Positions 11,602 to 20,905 of a DNA stretch of 64,000 nt are shown here, in pieces. The notes below the pieces were generated by a model. That model saw only the letters and a program-made list of their open reading frames with translations. It was not told the origin of the DNA and searched no databases. The stretch comes from Minutocellus sp. GHC0000111 (Eukaryota), in NCBI GenBank assembly GCA_977018835.1, contig OZ361257.1, forward strand, positions 1,364,001 through 1,428,000, in the 5' to 3' direction. Position numbers and translations under genes: made by a program. Each line of letters begins with the position of its first letter. Within the stretch, counting starts at the first letter, position 1.

Positions 11602-12570
11602 TCAACCGACTTTCTTCCGTTTGTTTGAGGTCCCCGTGACCTCAAAGGGCTCAAAATACCAATTAATAGCTACAGAAGATGGAGACTTGCTCCTGACCGA
11701 GTGCCAATGATGAGCTGGAATAAACATAACGTCTCCGGCCCGCAATGTCGTTGTTGTTACGTCCAACTTGGGGGCATCTGCTTTGGGCAACGAATGCAAT
11801 GAGTTTGGAGATATCGATGCACTGACACTGCCAGCTTCTCTTTGTAATTCGTTATTGGGAGGAACTAAAGTCCACTGCCGTTCACCGAATGTGCATAGGT
11901 AGAAGTTATCAAAGCAATCACGATGCAACTGAGTTTGACATGGACCAAAGGACACGAACAATTGACGCTGCTTGACTGCCGGCAATGGTTCAGTATTGGA
12001 GTGGTCATTTCTGTCATCGTTGCCATAGGCTTGCACCAGCAAAGGTGATGGTGGCCGTGGAGGCAGCAGACTTTGTAAAGGAGCATTGTCAACTGGCAAA
12101 TCATCTTCTACCATGTATCGGCAGTGCCAGTTTGGATCGTTCATCATTTCCTCCAGCGTCATTTCCATCGACATGGATGTCGTGAGAACAGTGTCGGGGT
12201 GGTCCGTGCCGTCAAGCGTAAACGTGCTCGCATTCGCATTATTCGCACCATTGCCAAATGACTTGCCTTGCTGTTGCTTCTTTGATGCATCTGCTGGTCG
12301 AGAGACAAACACTCGAAACTTTGTCGACCCAATCTGTTGCGCAAGCCACTCTACACCACCCACAATGCCATCCTCGACGGCAGTTTCTCTGGAGCTGCAT
12401 GCACATCCTTTGGCTATTTTCAATTGGTTGCCAGCGCCTCGAATGACGCATGGCTCACGTCGTGTTTGAACGAAGGCACGAAGCTCATCGGTCAATATCT
12501 CGGGAAGGGGTACTGGTGGTAGCGGCGGAGATGCTTTCTTCATGAATTCATCATGGCATGAGTGACACAT
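11602..12570 (-). CDS. JmjC / cupin-like 2-oxoglutarate oxygenase
   Basis: EPCVIRG, TQLHRDCFDNF (HxD), LRAGDVMFIPAHHWHSV (distal His) and SVAINWY; basic C-terminal KRKK. The start is uncertain (12570 or 12543). Confidence 0.85.
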   Translation of the reverse strand: MCHSCHDEFMKKASPPLPPVPLPEILTDELRAFVQTRREPCVIRGAGNQLKIAKGCACSSRETAVEDGIVGGVEWLAQQIGSTKFRVFVSRPADASKKQQQGKSFGNGANNANASTFTLDGTDHPDTVLTTSMSMEMTLEEMMNDPNWHCRYMVEDDLPVDNAPLQSLLPPRPPSPLLVQAYGNDDRNDHSNTEPLPAVKQRQLFVSFGPCQTQLHRDCFDNFYLCTFGERQWTLVPPNNELQREAGSVSASISPNSLHSLPKADAPKLDVTTTTLRAGDVMFIPAHHWHSVRSKSPSSVAINWYFEPFEVTGTSNKRKKVG

Positions 12571-12646
12571 GCTTGCAACATCATTATTGTGCAATCAACA
12601 TTGCAGCAAACGGGAGACAGAAAGACGTATTGGAGCAAGGACTGAC

Positions 12647-13154
12647 AGTGAAAGTACGGCGACTTCCGCACGAGATTAGGGTCCTTGGTAGGACGTCAAA
12701 CTCGTGAGACAAAATCCACAAGGACGGCGAAAATCGATGTCGAAGACAAAGATGAAAGGATACACCTTCCCCGTAGAATGAACGTTGATATGTCGCAGAC
12801 GATAAACCGTAAAGAGAATAAAGTAAACGAAGAGAGATGATCTGACTATTACTAGTCGATCCGTAGATTCCTGCTTGTCTAGTAGTACAAAGTTGGCTTT
12901 GCAAAGTTGACACAAACTAAAAATTATGTGCGAGAAAGACGAGACGATTGTGCTGATCCAAGACCGACTCCGCCTTGGATCGGCGATCTTGTAGCGATCT
13001 TGGATTGTTTCATCTACGATACTACTGAGCCAAGCATGCTGTACTTTGTACAGTATCAACGCTCAACGCGCTTGTCTCGGGCAGCTGAACTAAGATACCG
13101 TCGTTTCTGTTTGTGCCAAAATGACAACAGAAAGAAACATCGGCTTCTCCAACT
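12647..13154 (-). repeat. 3' LTR (508 bp), reads AGTTGGAG...TTTCACT on the minus strand
   Basis: Near-identical to 14834-15365 and preceded on the minus strand by a polypurine tract. Confidence 0.9.
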
Positions 13155-13163
13155 CTCCCTCTC
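13155..13163 (-). promoter_or_regulatory. Polypurine tract GAGAGGGAG
   Basis: Purine run immediately 5' of the 3' LTR on the minus strand. Confidence 0.8.
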
Positions 13164-13281
13164 GTAGAGTCTCTTCTCAAATTATTGTAAGGACCAAAGC
13201 AATTAAATTCCATGATCGAGGGGAAGGTCTTAAATCCGAATAAACCCCTTAACTGGAACACAAACATAAACACAAATAGAT

Positions 13282-13993
13282 CTACCATCCTTGATTCATC
13301 TTCCGAATCCGTTCAAACACGAAACGAGGATTCATCTTGGTCATGTAATCCGCACGCTGCAGATCTGTAGAGATGTACTCGACGGTAACATCTCCACGTG
13401 ATACATATTCCCAAAAGAAATGCCATTTGACGTGAAAGTAGCGAGTACGACTCGTGATGCGATGATTGTTGGCAAGCAAAACAGCAGCACGGTTGTCCTC
13501 AAAAACTGCAGAACGGACGGTAGTATTGATAGAATCAGGAACCTCTAAGGCATTGGCCAACTCCAGTGCCAACGATCGAATGGGAATCAAAGTTCGAATC
13601 GAATGGCTCAGGCTCGTGTGCTCAGACTCGAGCGTCGACAAGGCAATGTCTGATTGCAAGAACGATCGCCAGACGAGAGGAATGTTACCAAAGAAAATGA
13701 TATATCCAGTACGAGAGCGAGCACTTGAGGACGAACGATAAGGGTCACGACGACAGAGGCCAGCAAAATCGGCATCGACGTACAACTCGAGGTTCATGTT
13801 GGAAGAAGGAGCGACAATAGTACCAAAATCACGAGTACGACGAAGGTATCGGACAATCATCTTGACGGCAACGGCGTGAGACTTCTTCGGCGAATGGGTG
13901 AATCGACAGACCTGGCTGACGGCGAAGGTAATGTCAGGCCTAGTATTGGTCGATAGGTACAACAGCATACCGACGACAGAACGATAGGACCAG
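13282..13993 (-). pseudogene. Copia pol remnant: RT C-terminus plus RNase HI
   Basis: WSYRSVVGMLLYLSTNTRPDITFAV, YVDADFAG, SRTGYII, IALSTLESE, FEDN, RTRYFHVKWHFF and QRADYMTK. Confidence 0.92.
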
Positions 13994-13994
13994 C

Positions 13995-14411
13995 GGAACC
14001 CATGCCATGGGAGTTGAAGTGCTCTTGAATCTTGAGACTGACGCTACGAAGATCTGACTTGGGACCAAACTTCTGCTCGAATCCCTTCGTCCGCGTGTTG
14101 AATCCTTCGTGAGGCTTCTTCTCGGAACGAAGTTGGTTGGGATCCTCATATCCAACAGCAGCGAACTGGGGATCCAGTCCTGACCAATCAGCGAGAGGAA
14201 TGCCACCGGTATACGCAACTCGACGACCATCACAAATTGTGACGCCGCCCATCTTGGGTTTGGTAATACCAGTAGCTGAGCCATTGCCAAGGGAATGATG
14301 GCTTGGAGCACCTTGCTCCCCTGCAGCACCCTGCTGCCCTCCTGCGATGCCCGTCGAAGCGGCCGCACTCTCGACCGGGGGTGCGACATCGTCATCAGCT
14401 TCCGACGCCAT
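13995..14411 (-). pseudogene. Probable gag N-terminal fragment
   Basis: ORF starting MASEADD downstream of the PBS, joined out of frame to the RT C-terminus at about 13995. Confidence 0.6.
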
Positions 14412-14820
14412 GACACGTAGCCTGGACTTGCTCAGGTCCGATACGTCACAGGTAAACTACAGGGAAGTGAGAACGACCCTGCACACCACAGACAAATGGA
14501 GGTTTATCAAGCCTCTTGTTAGCCAGACTGCTGCACCGATGATAGGACGGTTGATCAGTCGACTTAACGTGGAACGGTCAGCGCCAAAGTAGCCGTCCAA
14601 GAATTGAGGACGAAAAGTTGACGGTCAGTCCACTATCGAAGAAATAGAGGGTCAAAGAGTAAAAGGCTCTCGGTCGAGACACAACGCATGCAAACTTACG
14701 GCTGATCAGTTCCGTCGATTGCAAATTTTATGTGCAGTCCGAGGCCACTCCAGGACGAATTTGGAAGCAATGCGCCTATCGGGGAGCAGGTAATGCCTCA
14801 CTCCTCGAAAAGGGTAACGT

Positions 14821-14833
14821 TGGGCTCGTAACC
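14821..14833 (-). promoter_or_regulatory. Primer-binding site GGTTACGAGCCCA
   Basis: Abuts the 5' LTR and resembles the copia-type PBS GGTTATGGGCCCAG, which pairs with an internal part of initiator tRNA-Met. Confidence 0.72.
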
Positions 14834-15365
14834 AGCGGCGACTTCCGCACGAGATTAGGGTCCTTGGTAGGACGTCAAACTCGTGAGACAAAATCCACAA
14901 GGACGGCGAAAATCGATGTCGAAGACAAAGATGAAAGGATACACCTTCCCCGTAGAATGAACGTTGATATGTCGCAGACGATAAACCGTAAAGAGAATAA
15001 AGTAAACGAAGAGAGATGATCTGACTATTACTAGTCGATCCGTAGATTCCTGCTTGTCTAGTACAAAGTTGGCTTTGCAAAAAAGTTGACAAACAACTAA
15101 AAATTATGCGAGAAAGACGAGACGATTGTGCTGATCCAAGACCGACTCCGCCTTGGATCGGCGATCTTGTAGCGATCTTGGATTGTTTCATCTACGATAC
15201 TACTGAGCCAAGCATGCTGTACTTTGTACAGTATCAACGCTCAACGCGCTACTTGTCTCGGGCAGCTGAACTAAGATACCGTCGTTTCTGTTTGTGCCAA
15301 AATGACAACAGAAAGAAACATCGGCTTGCAAATGACAACAGAAAGAAACATCGGCTTCTCCAACT
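14834..15365 (-). repeat. 5' LTR (532 bp)
   Basis: Copy of 12647-13154 with a 30-bp tandem duplication (15301/15331) and an 8-bp deletion next to its PBS end. Confidence 0.9.
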
Positions 15366-15484
15366 CTGACGAACTTCCAAACTTGAATGATGGTGAGCAA
15401 CGCACGTGACCTGCTCAAATACCAAGGGACCAAGGGAGGGCCTTGGTACAGAAGTAGTAGTTAGCACAGCACAAATAGCAAGTC

Positions 15485-16387
15485 ATGAGCGGCCAGGGAC
15501 AGCAGCAGCAAGATAAGCGGTGGCGATCTGTGTTTCGCTCAGATCTGTTCGTTGGAAAGGTAGCTCTGGTTTCTGGCGGGGGCACCGGCATCGGCTACTG
15601 CATCACAAACGAGCTCGCAACCTGTGGCGCCACTGTCGTAATCGCCTCCAGAGATCAGTTCAAGTGCCAAGAAGCGGCGGCAACAATAAACAAGGCTCTT
15701 CCCGCGGGTTGCCAAGGAAGGGTCATCGCTGCGCCATCAACAAGCATTATAAATGAGGAGGAGATTGTCAGTCTGATATCGTGGGTGGTGGAAACATGTG
15801 GTGGTCTTCACATGCTTGTAAATAATGCTGGCGGACAGTTTGTAAGCAGCGCGGAGGAGATGTCTACCCGTGGCTTCATGGCAGTGGTCGAGACAAACCT
15901 GAAAGGGACATTTGTGATGTGTAGGGAAGCGTATACTCAATGGATGCGAGATAATGGCGGTTCAATTGTGAATATTACGTTGGGTAATCGCAATGGTATG
16001 CCGTTCATGTGCCATAGCGGTGCTGCGAGAGCTGCCGTGGAAAATATGACCATGACCTTGTGCAGTGAGTGGATGGAGAGCGACGTTCGTATTAACTGCG
16101 TCCGACCAGGCATTATCTTTACAGCGAGCGGCTTCGAAAATTATGGACCGGCAAAAGACATGTTTTTGGAGAAGGTGTTGCCAGCACAACCAGCGAAACG
16201 GTTTGGGTCCCCAGAAGAGATCTCCTCAGCTGTTTGTTGGCTTTTGTCAGAAGGCGCTGCGTACGTTACCGGGGCGATCGTATGTGTCGATGGAGGGAGC
16301 GCATATCACTTTTTGCCACTGATTGAAATTGAAGATACCGAGCATCTGCCAGTGTATGGCACATTGCCGAAGATTGCTCGAATGTAG
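15485..16387 (+). CDS. PECR: Peroxisomal trans-2-enoyl-CoA reductase-like SDR
   Basis: SVFRSDLFVGKVALVSGGGTGIG, LVNNAGGQF, HSGAARAAV, VRINCVRPG and YVTGAIVCVDGG; C-terminal ARM is PTS1-like. Confidence 0.88.
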   Translation: MSGQGQQQQDKRWRSVFRSDLFVGKVALVSGGGTGIGYCITNELATCGATVVIASRDQFKCQEAAATINKALPAGCQGRVIAAPSTSIINEEEIVSLISWVVETCGGLHMLVNNAGGQFVSSAEEMSTRGFMAVVETNLKGTFVMCREAYTQWMRDNGGSIVNITLGNRNGMPFMCHSGAARAAVENMTMTLCSEWMESDVRINCVRPGIIFTASGFENYGPAKDMFLEKVLPAQPAKRFGSPEEISSAVCWLLSEGAAYVTGAIVCVDGGSAYHFLPLIEIEDTEHLPVYGTLPKIARM

Positions 16388-16474
16388 CAACGATAATAAT
16401 GTCTTAATGCAATGCTTCTGAAATCTGAATACGTATATATTGCATTTTTATGTTGTACTTATTACGTGGTCATA

Positions 16475-17980
16475 TCACAAAGTGGCCTTGACGGCAAGAA
16501 AAGTTTGTCGAACAAAGTCATTGTGCTGAAGAATGAGGGGTAGGCGAGGATGCTCGGCAAAGCTTTTTCCGTCGGCTTTTGCAGACAGATCATCAAGCTG
16601 CCCGAGAAAATCACCGACGTGCTTTCGAAGCGCCTCCAAGGTCTGCGGATAGTATTCCGAATGGATTGCCCTCTTTGTATCCATGTCACCATTCATATGA
16701 GCTTGGTACAGTTGTCTTCTTACTCCGGTCTTGCCCTCACTCAAAAACTGGTACAGCAAAACGTCCCATACCTCTTCGGACACCTGCCCGTCTTTATAAA
16801 AGAGCATTCGACTAAAGTCATAGCCCATATCAACCAATTCGCTGCTCACGTTGGGAATCATAATCTTGCAGAATGTGGCCGGCGATGACTCGTCCAAGAA
16901 ACCATATCGAGCGAAGAAATACGATGGATTCGTTGGGTCACCGTACGAAATTCTCAATGGAGATTCAGCCCGAACATCCATCGTCGTGTACGCAACACAA
17001 TTTCCCCCATCATCAAAGGTCAATGCCACCTCGGCATTTGTGCCATGGTCAAAGTAATCCCCGAGCGGTACAATCCTCGATATGTTGTCATCGCCCTCAA
17101 AGCTCCTAGTTGTTGCAATTTGGAATGCCCATTTGACGGCATCATTGTTGTGGATATTTTTGGTCGTGTCTTCACTGATGAAATCAACCTTTTTCACTGC
17201 CTGGCAAAAGTTGATGAATTTTACACGTTCGCCCATTGCCAGAGATCCCACCAGCGGCGGCAAACATTCGTAGCAGAAACTTTTATTTGGGGAGGTGACA
17301 AATATTAAGGAGAAATGGATGTTTGTGAGAGACAAAGGGTCGAAGAAAGAGGAGACGAAGTAGAAAACAAGAAACTAAAAAAAACACGGCCAAAAAAACA
17401 AATCGACTTACGGAGTCATCGAGGCACCGTTGTAGAACGTCCTCGGAAGCGAATTCAGCCAAGGAAACCAAGGCGACTGGTCGCCCTTTTCGTATTCCAT
17501 GAGGATCTTGAGGAATAGGGAAAAGTGAGATGAGATATGCCTCAGCTCAAAGTCTTCGTCGCCACTCAACCTACGGAGGATACCCACGGCCTCCTGAACA
17601 TAAGGTCCAAGCTCCTGCTCGATCTGGTCGCTGGCAAAGATCATTTCGTTCGAGACGAAGAGTACCGGGCTTCCCTCGGGCATATCTTCCGTGGTCATGA
17701 CGCTAACGTCCAACCCGAGGGGACCTTCTTCACTGGTGAGCTGAAATCCGCCAGCCTTTTGCACGCCGCAGGCCGTGGCCCATTCATCCATGGATACAAC
17801 GTCTCGGTAGGCATCCTCACCGATGTCAACATATGCAGCCAGCGGAGAACAATTTTTTCTAGGCCTGTTTTCGTTGCGGTATCCGACCATCGATGCCGTT
17901 GGACTCCTTTGCGATGGCACGAGAAATGCCGACGCGGCATTTGCGCTAATAGCAAACACGCATAGAAATAATCTTGTCAT
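16475..17980 (-). CDS. Plastid-targeted SET-domain (Rubisco LSMT-like) methyltransferase; exons 17980-17412 and 17279-16475
   Basis: AASAFLV presequence; SPWFPWLNSLP, WAFQIATTRSF, IVPLGDYFDH, LRISYGD and FARYGF. The GT-AG intron 17411-17280 restores the frame (MTP|FCYEC). Confidence 0.88.
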
Positions 17981-18408
17981 GATGCTCTATTCACCAATAA
18001 AGGTCTAGCTACGTTGCTAGAGCACCGCCACCACGAGCGAACACGACGAGGCGATACGCAAGCCACAACAACGGCCGAAAAATGATGATGGCATCGTTCG
18101 ATCGATCGATCATGGATAAAGGGACCCGGATTGTCTGGCCGTCATCAGTCATCGTGTTCATGAGGAGGCCGGTAACTTGACGAAGCAATCTTCCGAAATG
18201 TAAATCTATGCTTATATTGCCTTTAAAAGTACACATTTTGTTTCTTTTGCAGGAATTCCTTTGCTGCGATGCCCGCCGCTGGTCATGAACGGGCCGGGAT
18301 GGGTTGGAGAGGACGGACTCGACGATCGAACACAACAATGATGAATGATTTGACCATCTCCATGAACCGTCCATCCTCCCAACGAACCGCAACGCATCAT
18401 CATCTTCT

Positions 18409-19263
18409 TTACTCGTCCGCCTTCTTCTTGGCAGCCTTGACCTTGAGACCCTCCTCGGGGTTGGTAAGGGGCGTGTTGAAGATGCGACCGGGTGCGCCCT
18501 GGCCGAGGACGTCCTCCTCGTCGGGGGTGTCCCTCTGCCAGTATTCCGGATCGCGCTGCATCTTATCGTCGTAATCCTCCTCATCCTGGGCCTGCTGCTT
18601 GTAATCCTTGGCATTCTCGTCGGCGAGGATGGTGGCCAAACCGGCGAGGGAGACGGCCTCGTCGGTTATCTCGGCAATCTCTTCCGGGGTTAGCTTCCGC
18701 AAGGACTTGGCGGGGTTGCCGGACCACAGCTCGCCGGAGGGGATGGAGGTGCCGGGAGTAACGACGGCGCCGGGGGCGACGATGGAATTGGAACCGACGG
18801 TGGCTCCGTCCATAATTTGCGCCATGGGGCCGATCCGCACTCCGTCCTGGATGGTGGCGGCGTGGACGGTGGCACCCGGTCCGACCGTCACGTTGTCTCC
18901 GATGGCCGTCGGGTGGTCGCCCTGAATTTTCGCCACGTGGACGATCGCCCGATCGCCGATGCTGCTGTTGGTGCCGACCGTGATGGAATTGACGTCGCCG
19001 CGGAGGGCCGCGCCATACCACACGCTGGAATTGGGGCCGAGGGTGACGTTGCCCACGACGTTGGCCGACGGTGCGATGAAGGCCGCCGTCTCGCTAATGG
19101 TCGGGGCCACCCCGTCGACGGCCACTATCCTCGTGGAGGGGACCAGCCGCTCGGTGTACTTGGCCACCTCCATGGAGGCGCCCATGGAGTCCAGGGCCTT
19201 GCCCAGGGACCGAGCGGCCCCCGATACCGCTGTTACCGCGCGTGCGCCGAGGCTGGTTGCCAT
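18409..19263 (-). CDS. Gamma carbonic anhydrase(-like) hexapeptide-repeat protein, probably mitochondrial
   Basis: AFIAPSANVVGNV, SSVWYGAALRGDVNSI, IVHVAK and GELWSGNPAK; N-terminal ARSLGKALDSMG is typical of complex I-associated gamma-CAs. Confidence 0.9.
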   Translation of the reverse strand: MATSLGARAVTAVSGAARSLGKALDSMGASMEVAKYTERLVPSTRIVAVDGVAPTISETAAFIAPSANVVGNVTLGPNSSVWYGAALRGDVNSITVGTNSSIGDRAIVHVAKIQGDHPTAIGDNVTVGPGATVHAATIQDGVRIGPMAQIMDGATVGSNSIVAPGAVVTPGTSIPSGELWSGNPAKSLRKLTPEEIAEITDEAVSLAGLATILADENAKDYKQQAQDEEDYDDKMQRDPEYWQRDTPDEEDVLGQGAPGRIFNTPLTNPEEGLKVKAAKKKADE

Positions 19264-19527
19264 GGTTGCAGGATGTGTCGGTCTGCTTCTTTGCTTCCGA
19301 AGCGAAGGGCAGGCCTACGAGTACGTACGATGGACAGGCGGGTGTTTTTGATGATGACATCATTCAGAAAGAGGTAGCCTGAAACAGCTGAACCATGAAA
19401 GATACGGCACATCATACATCATGTGCTAAAAGTTGAGGCGTGCGTACTGGTTCTGCGTGTATCGTGTTGCTTGCACGTTCCCTATTATTGACGAATTTCC
19501 TCTGCATAACGCAACAAATCAATACGA

Positions 19528-20808
19528 ATGACCACATCGAAGGAGAGCGAAAAGACGGCGGCGGCGGCGGCGGCCGCGGCAGAGACTGCTGATGCGCACG
19601 CACCAACCTTCCACGACGATCTCCACGTGCAGTACATTGCCAACCTTGCCGTCAAGCTCGACAAGCCCTCCAGCTATGAGGGTGCCGTCACCGAGCATCT
19701 GCGAATGAGCGGAGTGTATTGGAGCCTCACCGCCCTGAGTCTGCTCCGACCAGTGGACGAAGCTGACAAGCTCCTGGGCGTCACCAATCATCAGCCGCAC
19801 TCGACTTCCTCGGATGCAGCAGCGCCTGCAGCAGCAGCGCCAGCAGCGGATGAGGCATTGGCGTCGGTCGATGCAGAGATTGCATCGCATCGCAAGCCCA
19901 TCGTCGACTGGGTCTTTGACTGCTACGATTCAGCCCGGGGTGGCTTCGGCGGCAACGTCGGACACGACGCCCACCTGCTGTACACTCTATCGGCCCTTCA
20001 GATTTTGGCCATGGCCAACAAGCTGGACGACCCCCGACTCGACCGGCGGGCCGTCGTGTCCTTCGTGTCGGGCCTCCAGCAGACCGATGGCAGTTTCGCC
20101 GGTGATGAGTGGGGGGAGGTCGATACGCGCTTCTCGTACTGCGCTCTGTCGGCACTGTCCATACTGGGAGCGCTGCCCGATGAGGAGGACAGCAGCAACA
20201 ACAATGGTGGTGAGAGCACTGCGACCATTGACCTGCAGAAGGCGGCTCTGTATGTGTCATCCTGTCGCAACTTTGACGGTGGCTTTGGGTCGGTCCCCGG
20301 CGCTGAAAGTCATGCCGGACAGATCTTTTGCTGCGTCGCCGCCTTGTCCATCGCTCGGTCGCTCCATCTGCTCGACTCCGACCTGCTCTCTTGGTGGCTC
20401 GCCGAGCGACAGTGCGACTCCGGTGGGTTGAATGGTCGGCCGGAGAAGCAAGCGGACGTGTGCTACAGTTGGTGGATCCTATCGGCGCTGTCCATTTTGG
20501 GCCGAACTGATTGGATCAATAGCGAAAAACTTGCCGCTTTCATTTTGAGATGTCAGGACGACGATGACGGCGGCATAGCGGATCGACCCAACGATATGGC
20601 TGACGTGTTCCACACCTTCTTTGGAATTGCTGGTTTGTCGCTCTTGGGGATTTTGGATAAGATTGGAGAAGAGCAAGGAAAGACATATCGCTTAATCGAC
20701 CCTGTCTTTGCTCTCCCTGTTGATGTTGTGGCTAAGCTTGGGCTCAAGGCGGAAGTGGTAAAAGATAGCTCGGGAGAACTTCGGCCTTGGCTTGCAAACT
20801 ATGTCTAG
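19528..20808 (+). CDS. RABGGTB: Rab geranylgeranyltransferase (type II) beta subunit
   Basis: EHLRMSGVYW, GGFGGNVGHDAHLLYT, GEVDTRFSY, ESHAGQIFCC, GLNGRPEKQADVCYSWW and DVFHTFFG. Confidence 0.95.
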   Translation: MTTSKESEKTAAAAAAAAETADAHAPTFHDDLHVQYIANLAVKLDKPSSYEGAVTEHLRMSGVYWSLTALSLLRPVDEADKLLGVTNHQPHSTSSDAAAPAAAAPAADEALASVDAEIASHRKPIVDWVFDCYDSARGGFGGNVGHDAHLLYTLSALQILAMANKLDDPRLDRRAVVSFVSGLQQTDGSFAGDEWGEVDTRFSYCALSALSILGALPDEEDSSNNNGGESTATIDLQKAALYVSSCRNFDGGFGSVPGAESHAGQIFCCVAALSIARSLHLLDSDLLSWWLAERQCDSGGLNGRPEKQADVCYSWWILSALSILGRTDWINSEKLAAFILRCQDDDDGGIADRPNDMADVFHTFFGIAGLSLLGILDKIGEEQGKTYRLIDPVFALPVDVVAKLGLKAEVVKDSSGELRPWLANYV

Positions 20809-20905
20809 CTGAGGTCATAATAAGCAATGTAAATATGATCTATGCCTTGCTAGACTGGCTAAAATATGCTCTATACTCGTAGCTTGTAGCTTACTATATG
20901 CTTCT

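Larger units (their letters stand above)
12647..15365 (-). mobile_element. Non-autonomous, internally deleted Ty1/copia LTR retrotransposon (2719 bp) with 5-bp TSD CTGAC
   Basis: Direct repeats at 12647-13154 and 14834-15365; TSD CTGAC at 12642-12646 and 15366-15370; PBS, PPT, gag N-terminus and copia RT-end/RNase H all present. Confidence 0.93.

Noticed and set aside
13147..13152. Alternative canonical TG start for the LTR (TGGAGAAG)
   Set aside because: It gives no matching CA end and no TSD; only the AGT...ACT boundaries yield the CTGAC duplication and a flush PBS/PPT.
12584..13288. Short ORFs within the LTRs (also 14706-15467)
   Set aside because: They lie in LTR sequence and are not conserved in frame between the two LTR copies.
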